From: Candidatus Eiseniibacteriota bacterium
GTDB taxonomy: Bacteria; Joyebacterota; Joyebacteria; Joyebacterales; Joyebacteraceae
Direction: 5' to 3'
DNA: 26,870 nucleotides
Assembly (NCBI GenBank): GCA_043819135.1
Contig: JBDRFG010000075.1
Span: 1 to 26,870, forward strand
This document shows, one piece after another, positions 1 through 9,175 of the stretch. The position numbers were made by a program, and so were the translations under genes. The notes under the pieces are model-generated. The model had not been told where the DNA came from. It was given only the letters and a program-made list of their open reading frames with translations, and ran no database searches. How positions within the stretch are numbered: position 1 is the first letter of the stretch; each line of letters starts with the position of its first letter.

Positions 1-1794
1 GGAACTCGTGCCCGTGATGCTGCCGCTCACCCGGAGCGCGACGGCCAGGAACGACCCCTCCTCCAGTCCGTCGGAGAGTGACGTGACCCTCCACGCGGAG
101 ACCACTACAGGCACCGACCCCATGGTCCGAAGAGATACGCTCGTGCGGCGCACGATGCCATCGGCGGTCGCCGGCGGGTCGCCTTCGCTGTCTGTGCGGG
201 AGCGCACTCTGGACTCCACGGCTATCCGCCAGTCTCTCTTGCTACGAAACTCGCCGCCGACGGTCACGGAGGACGAACCGTTCGGCAGCTCGGAGTAGTA
301 GGACCGCCAGGGCCTTCGTGCGATACGCGTCGCGGCCCAGATCTTCCAGTCGGCGCCCGAGCGGTACTCGGCGCCCACCCACCCGACGGCGCCGTTCGAT
401 CCGCCGGAGAAGCCCGGAACACCTCCCCCCAGGGGCGCCCAGTAGTCCCTGGACAGGTATCCCGCTCCGGCGTTCACGCGGGAACTGCCGCGACCCAGTC
501 GGGCGGCGGCGAGAGCGGCAACGCCACGCGCGGAGGTCGCCGCTACCTCGCACCCGGCCATGAGCTCGCCTCTCGATGTCCGAACGTCGAGCCCGCCCGC
601 CGTCAGGTCCTCACCGCGAAACCCAAAGCGCTGCCTCACCGGGTCCCCGGGCATGAGCCCCGGGGAGTAACCGAGACGGAGGACCGAGGCGGAAAGCTCG
701 AGTCCAGCCGGCTGCTCGAAGGTCACGCGGGCGCCGGCCAACGACTCGTCGAGGTAAGATGCGCCCTCCCTTTCCCCCTCCGTGCGATGATACCCGGTCG
801 TCCTGATCGAGGTGGCCAGTCCGTCCTCGCCGACCGCGGCGTCCAGCGCGCTTCTGGCGAGGATGGCCCGGACGCACGCCTTTCCTCTCGATGCGGTCAC
901 GAACACGCCCCGCCTTGCGGAACCCTCGCCGGCGCCGTCGTAGCGCCTGACGGAATCGCGCCGCCGCGGGTAGGCAGCTTCCGACGGGAACCCTCCGCTA
1001 CGGAGGAGCAACCCCTGTCCCCAGCTTCCAACGAAGTCGCCTACACCCACAACGAACGCCGGTCCGTCCTCCGCCGCGTCGGTGACGTCGCGCCAGACAA
1101 GTGAGACCACCGAGTGGTCCGCCAGCCCGGACTCCCCCGCATCCTTCTCGCACGCGACCGACAGGTCCAGCCTGTCCCCGTACGACACGCGCAGTCTGGC
1201 GAAGGTCCCCGTGCCGTTCACTACGCCCCGCGCGCCCCACGCGGCGTCCCAGCGCTCCTGCGCCGTCGCGCGCAGACGCAGCTCCCAGGCGACCTGCGAC
1301 GGGGCCGTCTGTGGCACCGGGGCCATCGTGTCCTCGACCTCCGGCGCTGCCGTCTCGGGAACCGGCGGATGCACGACATGACGCACGACAAGGTAGGGCC
1401 GCACGGCCGGCAGTGCCTCGCGGTTGATACATCCCCTCACAACGAGTTCGTCCAAGGACGCCACCGGTCCCAGGACGTCACGCCGCGCGACAATGCGAAC
1501 GGCGGCCGCCGGGTCGAGGAACGGCACGCGCAGAAGATCGGACAGCCCGGCGGCATTGACGTCGACGGGGTTCTCCCTGAAGGCCGCCGCCTCGCGCAGA
1601 AGCTCATCCAGCCCGTCGAGCGCAGCGCCCTCGTCTTCCAGCCCCGCCAGAACCTCGCGCATGATGGAGTCGTCAGGTGAGATGTCGTCCACGCCCGATG
1701 CGACGTCGTCGGCGACGCACCGCGCGGGGAGCACGGAGAGGGCAACCGCCAACAGAAGAGCCGTTGCGTCACGGCTCGATGGTGACCGACACAA
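1..1794 (-). CDS. ComEA-like helix-hairpin-helix domain protein with probable C-terminal outer-membrane beta-barrel (3' end beyond the window)
   Basis: Not in the ORF track; translated by hand. TTG start at 1794 with GGAGTGAG just upstream, and the frame stays open to position 1. Signal peptide MCRSPSSRDATALLLAVALSVLPARCVA. ComEA-type HhH segment ENPVDVNAAGLSDLLRVPFLDPAAAVRIVARRDVLGPVASLDEL. Then amphipathic beta-strands with EKDAGE, GDFVGSWGQGLLL and TGYHRTE motifs that I recall from Bacteroidota-type HhH outer-membrane proteins. Confidence 0.8.
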   Translation of the reverse strand, partial: MCRSPSSRDATALLLAVALSVLPARCVADDVASGVDDISPDDSIMREVLAGLEDEGAALDGLDELLREAAAFRENPVDVNAAGLSDLLRVPFLDPAAAVRIVARRDVLGPVASLDELVVRGCINREALPAVRPYLVVRHVVHPPVPETAAPEVEDTMAPVPQTAPSQVAWELRLRATAQERWDAAWGARGVVNGTGTFARLRVSYGDRLDLSVACEKDAGESGLADHSVVSLVWRDVTDAAEDGPAFVVGVGDFVGSWGQGLLLRSGGFPSEAAYPRRRDSVRRYDGAGEGSARRGVFVTASRGKACVRAILARSALDAAVGEDGLATSIRTTGYHRTEGEREGASYLDESLAGARVTFEQPAGLELSASVLRLGYSPGLMPGDPVRQRFGFRGEDLTAGGLDVRTSRGELMAGCEVAATSARGVAALAAARLGRGSSRVNAGAGYLSRDYWAPLGGGVPGFSGGSNGAVGWVGAEYRSGADWKIWAATRIARRPWRSYYSELPNGSSSVTVGGEFRSKRDWRIAVESRVRSRTDSEGDPPATADGIVRRTSVSLRTMGSVPVVVSAWRVTSLSDGLEEGSFLAVALRVSGSITGTSS

Positions 1795-2629
1795 ATGAGC
1801 TCACTCCCAACTCGGGGTGCCATTGAACTGCGATATCCACAATCGGCCACGGGCCGCCGCGGCCGCGGCCCACGCCGAACCCGAAACCGAGCCGTCCGGG
1901 CGCGTCCCTCGCGCCGGCCCTGACGCGAAGCCAATCGGTCAGAGCGGCCTCGAAAGCCAGTACGGTCGAGGGGGCGAACGTCTCTTCGAACAGAAGCGTC
2001 CACCGGATCGACACCGACGGCAGAACCAGCGCCGCTCCGAAACCGGCGCGAGCCGCAACGGGCGAGTCCCCGATCCACGAGCGCGTCAGGTTCTCGCACG
2101 CGGCGCCCAGCAGAACGCGACCGATCAGGCGCCTTGTCACGCTCGCGTCCACCGCCGCCGTCCAGCGGTCGTCGATACCCCTGGCGGCGATGCCAAGACC
2201 TCGCACCCGAACGCTCAGGCCGAGATCCGGATCGGCGTCGAGCCCGACGCGCACGGAGAGGGAGCGCTCCTCGTAGAGCTCGCCCCCGAGCCGGGACAGC
2301 TCGATGCCGACTGAGACCGCACCGAACCCGGTCGAGCCGCGCGCTCCCCATCCCGCGGCCTCCCGAACACCGTAGAACTCGCCGGCGGAGACCGTCACGC
2401 GGAGGCCGGGCAGTGCGCGGGACGTCGCCGAGTCCGGGGAGGCTTGGGTGGGCTCGAGACCGGGTGAGGTCACGAGCAGCAGGCCGGGCGTCAACAATCC
2501 CGCCGACCGGGCGTCGGGCCACGAGAACTCGAACGCGGCCCGCGCGAAACAGGCGGGCAGAAGAAGAGCGAGCAGTACGGCAGCGCAGAGGTGCCCCGCG
2601 AGCCGCGCGGCGCCTGTCGTTGTTCCCAT
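1769..2629 (-). CDS. Putative outer-membrane beta-barrel, divergent PorV/PorQ/FadL-like (286 aa)
   Basis: Signal peptide ending ARA-AFE. DARSAGL resembles the GARxxGxG start of PorV-like proteins. Alternating hydrophobic strands (LGFGFGVG, VDIAVQWH, SFVSVTI). TAGGAG RBS overlaps the upstream stop codon. Overlaps the HhH gene by 26 bp. Confidence 0.6.
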   Translation of the reverse strand: MGTTTGAARLAGHLCAAVLLALLLPACFARAAFEFSWPDARSAGLLTPGLLLVTSPGLEPTQASPDSATSRALPGLRVTVSAGEFYGVREAAGWGARGSTGFGAVSVGIELSRLGGELYEERSLSVRVGLDADPDLGLSVRVRGLGIAARGIDDRWTAAVDASVTRRLIGRVLLGAACENLTRSWIGDSPVAARAGFGAALVLPSVSIRWTLLFEETFAPSTVLAFEAALTDWLRVRAGARDAPGRLGFGFGVGRGRGGPWPIVDIAVQWHPELGVSSFVSVTIEP

Positions 2630-2639
2630 CGCGGGGCTC

Positions 2640-4310
2640 CTATCTCACGATCCCGACGGCCGTCTTGGCCGTGACGAAGATGCCGGCACGGGCGTCGATC
2701 GCCTCGAGATAGGCGACGTAGAGCCCCGATGGAAGCGGGGCGCCGTCCGAGCCCGTTCCGTCCCACAGGAATTCGCTCACCGAGGGAAGCGCCGCGTGGT
2801 CTGCAAGCACCGCACGCACGCGTCCCTCCATATCGAACACGGTCAGCCTCGCCGTCGCCCGCGCCACGGGCAGTTCCACCCGGAACAGGGTACGGTCGGC
2901 GCTACCGTCGCCGTTCGGCGTGAAGGGATTCGGAGCGACCGTCAGTCGGCCGGCTGCCGGCGCGGCATCAAGATGGATGCTGTTGGTACGGCCGGGCGTG
3001 CTTCCCTCGGGAGCCACCGAGCCGCCCCAGTTCCCCGCGTTCTGCGAGGGCATGTCGGGCCGGACGCGCTCGAGCGACACGCCCCTCTCACCACCCCAGT
3101 CCCTCTCGTACGTGAAGTGGTCCATTGGAGTACCGAACTCGTCCAGCAACACCACCGTGTCGTCGGCCGAAAGAGCCTCCCAGTCGTCGGTCTCGACGAC
3201 CGGGCACGACGCCAGCCCCTCCATGAGTTCCGTGTCTCTCGCCACCAGCAGGAACGCGCCGGTGGCGAAGAGAGCCAGCGAATCGGAATCGATTCGACCG
3301 GCGCCCGCGTCATCTCCGAGCGCCCATCCACTCAACTCGACACCATCGCCAGGGATGTTGAGAAGCTCCACCCACTCGGTCCCGCCGTCATCGGGTGAGT
3401 GCATGACCTCGTTGACCGCGATGAGACCACCCACCCCGCCGACGGTGAAAGACGTGTGAGCGGTGTTGTTGGACGGCTCGCAGTCCGCTCCGAACGTGAG
3501 GGTCACGTTCCCGCGGTGATATCCGTCCGCCGGATCCATCCACCTAAGCGAGACCTCGACCGAGTCCCGCGGCGCCAGGTCGTCCGTAAGTACGGAAGAA
3601 CACGCGGGAGTCTCGGACCCGTACAGAAAAAGCTCAACGAGCAGCGACTGTCCGCCGGTAGGAAGCGCACCGACGTTCCTGACCACGCACGAGAGTTCCG
3701 CCGGCTTGCCGTGGTCGAAGATCGCCCGGCCGGGATGGTGAACCTCGAGGCAGAGGTCGTAGGAGAGCGCGTTGGCCGCCCCGGGCGTGGGCGGTCCCGC
3801 GACGAGATCGAGAGCGTTGTCCCCGTGATCGAAGCAATCGGGAGAGCGCGCGAGTGACAGGCCCGACTGCGCGTCGGCGGCAGGTCGGCCCTCATAGTAC
3901 TCCTGGAAGAGCGGCTCTCCCCACCCCACGACGTCGACCGGATCGACGCCATTGGTCAGCCGTACCCCGTCCGGGCCGTTCTGAAGATCCAGGGGCGTCG
4001 TGTAATCGGGTGGAGGCAGGACATCGACCTCCCCGATGACGAACATCTGTCCAGGCTCGACGTAGTCGAGATCGCCGCCGATCCACTCGACCGTCCAGTC
4101 ATCGGGGTTCGCGCCGTTCCCGGTCTCGAGCACCCATCCGGTCAGGGACACGCCGAGCCGCCCGCAGTTCAGGAGCTCCACGAACTCAAGGCCGGTGTCC
4201 GGACCTTCCGGGTCGTACAGCACCTCGTTGATAACCACCTGCGCAGTAGCGGGACCGGCGAGCAGCGCGCACGCCACGGCCCACAGGATGCGAAGACAGT
4301 GCTGTCGCAT
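2640..4310 (-). CDS. Secreted lamin-tail-domain (LTD) protein: LTD, CARDB, LTD, FlgD-Ig/T9SS-like C-terminal domain (~556 aa)
   Basis: ATG at 4310 with GAGGGAG RBS and signal peptide ending ATA-Q. Two LTD signatures (VVINEVLYDP..EFVELLN..LTGW and IAVNEVMHSP..EWVELLN..LSGW). CARDB-like VVRNVG...EPSNN segment. C-terminus PNPFTPNGDG...WDGTGSDG..PSGLY. Confidence 0.8.
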   Translation of the reverse strand: MRQHCLRILWAVACALLAGPATAQVVINEVLYDPEGPDTGLEFVELLNCGRLGVSLTGWVLETGNGANPDDWTVEWIGGDLDYVEPGQMFVIGEVDVLPPPDYTTPLDLQNGPDGVRLTNGVDPVDVVGWGEPLFQEYYEGRPAADAQSGLSLARSPDCFDHGDNALDLVAGPPTPGAANALSYDLCLEVHHPGRAIFDHGKPAELSCVVRNVGALPTGGQSLLVELFLYGSETPACSSVLTDDLAPRDSVEVSLRWMDPADGYHRGNVTLTFGADCEPSNNTAHTSFTVGGVGGLIAVNEVMHSPDDGGTEWVELLNIPGDGVELSGWALGDDAGAGRIDSDSLALFATGAFLLVARDTELMEGLASCPVVETDDWEALSADDTVVLLDEFGTPMDHFTYERDWGGERGVSLERVRPDMPSQNAGNWGGSVAPEGSTPGRTNSIHLDAAPAAGRLTVAPNPFTPNGDGSADRTLFRVELPVARATARLTVFDMEGRVRAVLADHAALPSVSEFLWDGTGSDGAPLPSGLYVAYLEAIDARAGIFVTAKTAVGIVR

Positions 4311-4375
4311 TTGGACAACTCCCTCAGGGGAGCCGGGGTGTCGTGAACATGCTGGCAAGGAATACTGCGATGTGG

Positions 4376-4452
4376 GGTAGTGCACTGGGGATTGCGAATT
4401 GGGGGTTGTGAACTGGGGATCGTGGATCGGGTTCTGAAGACTGGAGACTGAG
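4376..4452. repeat. Degenerate heptamer tandem array, 11 units, intergenic
   Basis: Plus strand reads ggtagtg cactggg gattgcg aattggg ggttgtg aactggg gatcgtg gatcggg ttctgaa gactgga gactgag, with a 14-bp higher-order period in the centre. Confidence 0.65.
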
Positions 4453-4466
4453 GGTCGCGCGCCGCG

Positions 4467-6632
4467 CTACGGCAGCCCCTGCTTCCTTCTCAGCGCCCAC
4501 TCGGCCGACATCAGTCCGACGAAACCAAGAAGCAGCCACGGCGAGTTCCACAACTCGAACTCGCTCTTCGCCGTGCGCTCGGCCCAGGCCAGAGGCACGT
4601 CATCGGGAAGGTCGTCCAGGGTCTCCGGCATGTAGTACCCTCCTCCGCTCTCCTCGGCTATCCTCCTGAGGATCGCGGACCTTCGTCGGGTCTCGGAGTC
4701 CTCGAGACTGAATCGCTCGACCACGAACTCGCCGGACGCCGTGCCCACTTCCTCGCCACCCACTGAGGCCGTAGCGCGCAGCACGTAGGGACCGGGCGGA
4801 AGGTGGCCGATCGAACCGCGGTAGTGGTCGCCCGCGGCCTCAAGGTCGACGGTGGCCACGGGGGCCGCGCCCTCGCCACTCGCGGCGGACACGCGCACAA
4901 CGGCATCGTGCGCGAGTCGATAGTCGGCCCTGTAGACCTGGGCGGAGAGACCGATGTCCTCGCCCGCCTGGTAGACGTCCTTGTCCGCGGCCACCACGAC
5001 GCGCTCGAGTTCCCCGCGCGCCGTCAGCCAGCGCGCCGTGTTCGTCACGAACCGACCGTAGACGTCGATGTCGTCGCCGGCCATCTTCCACCGCCACAGC
5101 CCGTCCGCCATGATGGCCATGACACTCCCCGCTCCCAGACGTCTGCCCGCGACGATCGCCGCGCCGTCGCCGCCCGGACCGTATCCTTCCACGAGCACGT
5201 CGGCGTCGGCGCGAACGGACCATGGCAATGACGTGAACGTGCGCACCGGAGGGAGTTCTCTCCACACCTCGACGTTGGCGAACCGATCCTCGGCCACCCG
5301 TGTGGCCGGCGCCGATTCTCCCGCATCGGTCAGACGGACGCGCACGTCCCGGAAACCGGAGAGCGGCTCGGCGACGAACGAGTACGGCAGGATGCCGAGG
5401 ACATCGTTCGGCGGACGCTCGCGGGGAATGCCCGCGATCAACAGGCCGCCTCCCCGGTCGTGCGCGAACGCCCGGAGCCACTCCAGAGACACAAGGGGTT
5501 CGGACCAGTCGGGCTCGAACAGGATCACGAGATCGTACTCGTAGAGCTCCGCCCTGGACTGGGGCGGCGTCCCGTCTGTGGCCGACACGGGCGAGCCCCG
5601 CTTGGCCACGACCGACTCAACCTCGACGTTGCGGTCGGCCTCGAGTTCGCGCGTGAGGAAGGCGAAGTCCCATCCGGGACGTCCGGCCAGAACCAGCACG
5701 CGGATCTTACCCTTCATCGCCGTCGTTACCACGATGCGCGAGTTGTTGGCGGTCGACAGCTCGCCGGCCGCGACCGGCACCGACACGGAGTAGCGATGCA
5801 CCCCGGGCGTCGAGGGCGTCACGCGAAACGTCACGCGCACCTCTTCGCCGCTTCCGGAGAGTTCGATCTGCCGTGAGTCCAGCGTCGCTCCGTTCTCCGA
5901 TAGCTCGACGACCGTCTCGGCGCCCTCGAACCCTGCGCTCGAGACCGTGACCTCGACGGGAACGCTCTCTCCCGTGTACGAGATGCGGTTGGTCACGACG
6001 TCTTCTATCGCGATGTCCGTCGCCGCCTGTGAACTGCCCACCCCAAGCACGAACACCGGGACGCCCAGCGAGACGGCGGCGACGTACGGACCCGCCCCGC
6101 GGTTGTCCGCGCCGTCAGTGGCAACGACGACGGCCCCCAGATTCCTGCCGGAGAGCACGTCGTCCAGAGCCTCGAAGGCCTGTGCAAGATCGGTGGCGCC
6201 GCCGTCGAACGTAGGCGCGTCCACGAGGACCCCCGCATCGGTTGTGAGCTCTCGCGACGCCCCGGAGAACGCGAACGCCACGAGGTCCGCGTCACGGGCC
6301 ACGCGCGGCAGAACAACTTCGTTCAGGAGGGACACGGCCTCATCGCCGCGCCGCTCGCCCCCGGTCCCGTCCCGCACCGACATGCTTCTGGACGCATCCA
6401 GAAGAAGCGCGACGACGGGCCGCTCCGTGATCGTTCGGGAGAGGGCGAGAACGGGCTCGACCAGGGCGACGAACAGCAGCACAAGACCTGCCGATCGCAG
6501 GACAACGAGAAGGGGCCGCAGGCGACCGGCCGAGGTTGGCACCCTGCGGTAGAACCAGATGACGGAGATAACAGTCAGGGCGCCCAGCAACAGGAGCACC
6601 CACGCGTGTGTCTGATTGAACAGTAGTGTCAT
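4467..6632 (-). CDS. Membrane-anchored VWA domain protein with CARDB/Ig and glutamine-amidotransferase-like domains (BatA-like, ~721 aa)
   Basis: ATG at 6632 overlaps the debranching-enzyme stop (ATGA). Two N-terminal TM helices. Complete MIDAS motif (LDASRSM, GGATD, VATDG). STANN CARDB-like end. GATase-like domain (YDLVIL...GGGLL...LWRWKM). C-terminal TM ending EWALRRKQGLP. Confidence 0.8.
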   Translation of the reverse strand: MTLLFNQTHAWVLLLLGALTVISVIWFYRRVPTSAGRLRPLLVVLRSAGLVLLFVALVEPVLALSRTITERPVVALLLDASRSMSVRDGTGGERRGDEAVSLLNEVVLPRVARDADLVAFAFSGASRELTTDAGVLVDAPTFDGGATDLAQAFEALDDVLSGRNLGAVVVATDGADNRGAGPYVAAVSLGVPVFVLGVGSSQAATDIAIEDVVTNRISYTGESVPVEVTVSSAGFEGAETVVELSENGATLDSRQIELSGSGEEVRVTFRVTPSTPGVHRYSVSVPVAAGELSTANNSRIVVTTAMKGKIRVLVLAGRPGWDFAFLTRELEADRNVEVESVVAKRGSPVSATDGTPPQSRAELYEYDLVILFEPDWSEPLVSLEWLRAFAHDRGGGLLIAGIPRERPPNDVLGILPYSFVAEPLSGFRDVRVRLTDAGESAPATRVAEDRFANVEVWRELPPVRTFTSLPWSVRADADVLVEGYGPGGDGAAIVAGRRLGAGSVMAIMADGLWRWKMAGDDIDVYGRFVTNTARWLTARGELERVVVAADKDVYQAGEDIGLSAQVYRADYRLAHDAVVRVSAASGEGAAPVATVDLEAAGDHYRGSIGHLPPGPYVLRATASVGGEEVGTASGEFVVERFSLEDSETRRRSAILRRIAEESGGGYYMPETLDDLPDDVPLAWAERTAKSEFELWNSPWLLLGFVGLMSAEWALRRKQGLP

Positions 6633-8998
6633 GGCAGCTCGCCCGCGCACGCGGAGTCTTCGTCAGCGCCGGCCAGCCGGGTTGTCCACGCCCCGCCACT
6701 TCTCTCGGAGGTGAACCTCACGGAGCCGCCGGGCTTGAGGACCACCTCGAGCGTCTCTCCCTCCTCCTGGACGTCGGCGTCGGGGCGCGCGCGGGGTGTG
6801 AATCGAACGGTCAGGGGTGGAGCATCCGCGTCGGCCACGACGCTCGTGCAGGCGCGTCCGCCTTCGGCGTCCACGCGGTGCAGCACGAAGAGAGAACCCT
6901 CGCCCACCCGGACGGGCGCGGCCATCCAGCTACAGGACGGCGGTAGCGCGGGCCTGACGTCCACCGTCCCATCGAGAACGTTGGGCCGGACCCCGAGGTA
7001 GTCCTGGTAGAAGTTTCTCAGGAACTCGGACAAACTCCATGCTTGCGACACGGCACCGGCTACGTTCTCCCCGTGCTCGGGAGGAACGCCGTTTCTGAGC
7101 TCGGGAAGGGTGCCGGCCGCGCCCTCGTCGAACATCATGTTCGCGAGCACGGATGTCTGCTCCCAGGCCGCGGCAACCAGGCCGTGCTTCACCAGCGCGG
7201 AGACCACGGGGCCGGTCAGCCACACCCACACGTCTCCGTTGTGGTAGGCCTCATCGAAGTGGTACCTCTCCAGATCGAGGTGGCAGGGATGGAAGCCCGG
7301 GTCCTCCGTGTAGAGAGTCGTGACGCCGTGCCTCAGCACGCAGCTCTCCCGGACAAGCTCCAGCATCGCCCGTTCCGCCTCACGAGGGAGCAGGTCGTCC
7401 CAGGGCACTGTCGCCGCGAACACCTGATTGGGCCGGATCTGACGGTCGGGCACGCCGTCCGGGTCGAGGTGATCGAAGAGACCGTGAGTCGAAGGATCCG
7501 GGAACTCGCGCAGAAACGCACCTCCGACCAGTTCCGCGGCCTCACGCCATCTCGAGGCCTGCTCCTCCCTGCCGAGCGCGTCCGCGATGGCCGCCCCCGA
7601 GATGAGGGCAGTGTACCACAAGACCTGTACCTCGACTGCCCGGTTGCCGCGGGGCGAGAACGGGCTCGTCTCTCCACCCGCGTCCATCCATGTCTCGGCC
7701 TGACCGTGGAGCAGGAAGCCCTCGGCGTCCGTCCTGCGCGCGAGCGCTCCGTCGATCGCCCGTTCGACGACCGGCATGAAGCGCTCCGCGAATTCCAGGT
7801 CGCCCGTGTATCTCAGATACTCGTACGCCTCGCGGACGAACCACCAGGTTCCGTCGGCCGTGTTGTAGTAGACCTCGCCCGGCATTGCGAGGTTGGGTAT
7901 CCGTCCGAACAGGAGGTTGTCCTCGTCCGTCTCCTGGAGTACGGCGAACGACTCCAGGATCTCCCTGGCGGTGTCGAATTCGCCACGAACCAGGCACGCC
8001 CCCGGGAGAGCGATGAACGTGTCCCGCCCCCAGTAGTTCGGGAACCAGTGCAGCCCCGCGAAGATGCCACGGCCGAGCTGGTTCATGATGAGAGCGTCCA
8101 CGGACGCGGCGGCCCATTGGAGGGCCAAGTGGTAGTCGTTGTCGTGCGTGGCGATGCCGGCGCCATCCAGGAGGTCCGCGGTCCTTCTCATCTTGTCGTC
8201 GTAGAGCGCAAACTCGTCGTGTAGACCTTTGCGCGCAAGCTCCGCGGCCCCGTCCAGCGTGTCTCCGACCGCGGCGCAGAACGTGACGCTCCCCGCGAAG
8301 CCCTCGTCACTCTCGAACGCGAACTCCAGGCGCCCCGGCGAGTAGGGAACAGCCGACGCCATGGCCCTTCTGGCGGCGTCCTTGGTGTACGTGGTCCTTC
8401 TGTACGCCTCGTGCGGAACGAACTCCGCGGGTCGGTCGCACGCGACGGCCACCCACACGGGATAATCCTGTTGATCGGTACGCTCGAGATGGTCGGTCCG
8501 TCTCAAGGCGAGCACGCGCCTGTCCTCGTCCCAACGCGTCTCGTACTCGGGCTGCCCCTCTTCCCAGATGCTCCTGATGTCGAACCTGGGCTCGAAGGAC
8601 GCCCGCCCCGAGTGATTGGAGCTGTAGGAGACCAGGAGAATGTTCTCACGGTCGGCCAGGAAGACGGTCTCGGTCGTCTGCTCGATGACGTACTCGCGCG
8701 TGACGCTCTGGGGGAGGACACAGGCGCTCCTCAGACCCCACGAGGAGAGCGGCACGTCGCCGAGCATCAGGTCCCAGCCCTCGAGGAACTTGTGGAGCTC
8801 AACGATCAGGCCCGCGTAGCTCCTGGTGTTCGTCGTGCCCGTCTCACCGGCGAAGTAGGCCTTCTCTTTGTTGGTCAGGATGTACTCGCGCGTCTCCCGG
8901 GAGCCGACGACTATCTGCAGCCCCTGGCGACAGCCCTTCAGAGGTAGCTTCTGCGAGCCCGATTTCTCTTTGGTGTTTCTGATCGCGTCGTCTCCCAT
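6629..8998 (-). CDS. Amylo-alpha-1,6-glucosidase / glycogen debranching enzyme (GDE_N + GDE_C, GH133-like), cytoplasmic
   Basis: GDE_C motifs HWFPNYWGRDTFIALPG, YNTADGTWWF, TWMDA, RAVEVQVLWY, RPNQ, YHNGDVWVWL, LPEL and QAWS. N-terminal REYILTN motif. No signal peptide. Confidence 0.9.
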   Translation of the reverse strand: MGDDAIRNTKEKSGSQKLPLKGCRQGLQIVVGSRETREYILTNKEKAYFAGETGTTNTRSYAGLIVELHKFLEGWDLMLGDVPLSSWGLRSACVLPQSVTREYVIEQTTETVFLADRENILLVSYSSNHSGRASFEPRFDIRSIWEEGQPEYETRWDEDRRVLALRRTDHLERTDQQDYPVWVAVACDRPAEFVPHEAYRRTTYTKDAARRAMASAVPYSPGRLEFAFESDEGFAGSVTFCAAVGDTLDGAAELARKGLHDEFALYDDKMRRTADLLDGAGIATHDNDYHLALQWAAASVDALIMNQLGRGIFAGLHWFPNYWGRDTFIALPGACLVRGEFDTAREILESFAVLQETDEDNLLFGRIPNLAMPGEVYYNTADGTWWFVREAYEYLRYTGDLEFAERFMPVVERAIDGALARRTDAEGFLLHGQAETWMDAGGETSPFSPRGNRAVEVQVLWYTALISGAAIADALGREEQASRWREAAELVGGAFLREFPDPSTHGLFDHLDPDGVPDRQIRPNQVFAATVPWDDLLPREAERAMLELVRESCVLRHGVTTLYTEDPGFHPCHLDLERYHFDEAYHNGDVWVWLTGPVVSALVKHGLVAAAWEQTSVLANMMFDEGAAGTLPELRNGVPPEHGENVAGAVSQAWSLSEFLRNFYQDYLGVRPNVLDGTVDVRPALPPSCSWMAAPVRVGEGSLFVLHRVDAEGGRACTSVVADADAPPLTVRFTPRARPDADVQEEGETLEVVLKPGGSVRFTSERSGGAWTTRLAGADEDSACAGELP

Positions 8999-9065
8999 GC
9001 AACTTCCCTGCCATGCTCACCGGCCACTGGCGCGTGGGGTCCGCGCCGCTACGGCCGGTCCGAAG

Positions 9066-9082
9066 TGTCAAGCGCGTTGACA
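9066..9082. promoter_or_regulatory. Perfect inverted repeat TGTCAA-N5-TTGACA upstream of the debranching enzyme (candidate operator)
   Basis: tgtcaa gcgcg ttgaca lies 68 bp upstream of the ATG at 8998. No properly spaced -10 hexamer was found on either strand. Confidence 0.35.
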
Positions 9083-9115
9083 GTGCTCCCGAGCCAGCTC
9101 CCCCAGAGGCACCGC

Positions 9116-9142
9116 TCGCCCGGCCGTTCAACCGCCGGGCGA
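9116..9142 (-). terminator. GC-rich hairpin after the DOMON gene (possible terminator or mRNA-stabilising stem)
   Basis: tcgcccggc-N9-gccgggcga, a perfect 9-bp stem about 34 bp past the stop at 9176. It has no U-tract, so termination is uncertain. Confidence 0.35.
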
Positions 9143-9175
9143 CCGATGGATGTCGCAACGCGACTAACGACCGCT

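Noticed and set aside
232..252. Apparent frameshift near the 3' part of the HhH gene
   Set aside because: Rechecking codon by codon gives GAG TTT CGT AGC AAG AGA GAC TGG in one frame. The gene is intact to the window edge.
4376..4452. CRISPR array
   Set aside because: Units are degenerate 7-mers with no spacers, and no cas genes are present.
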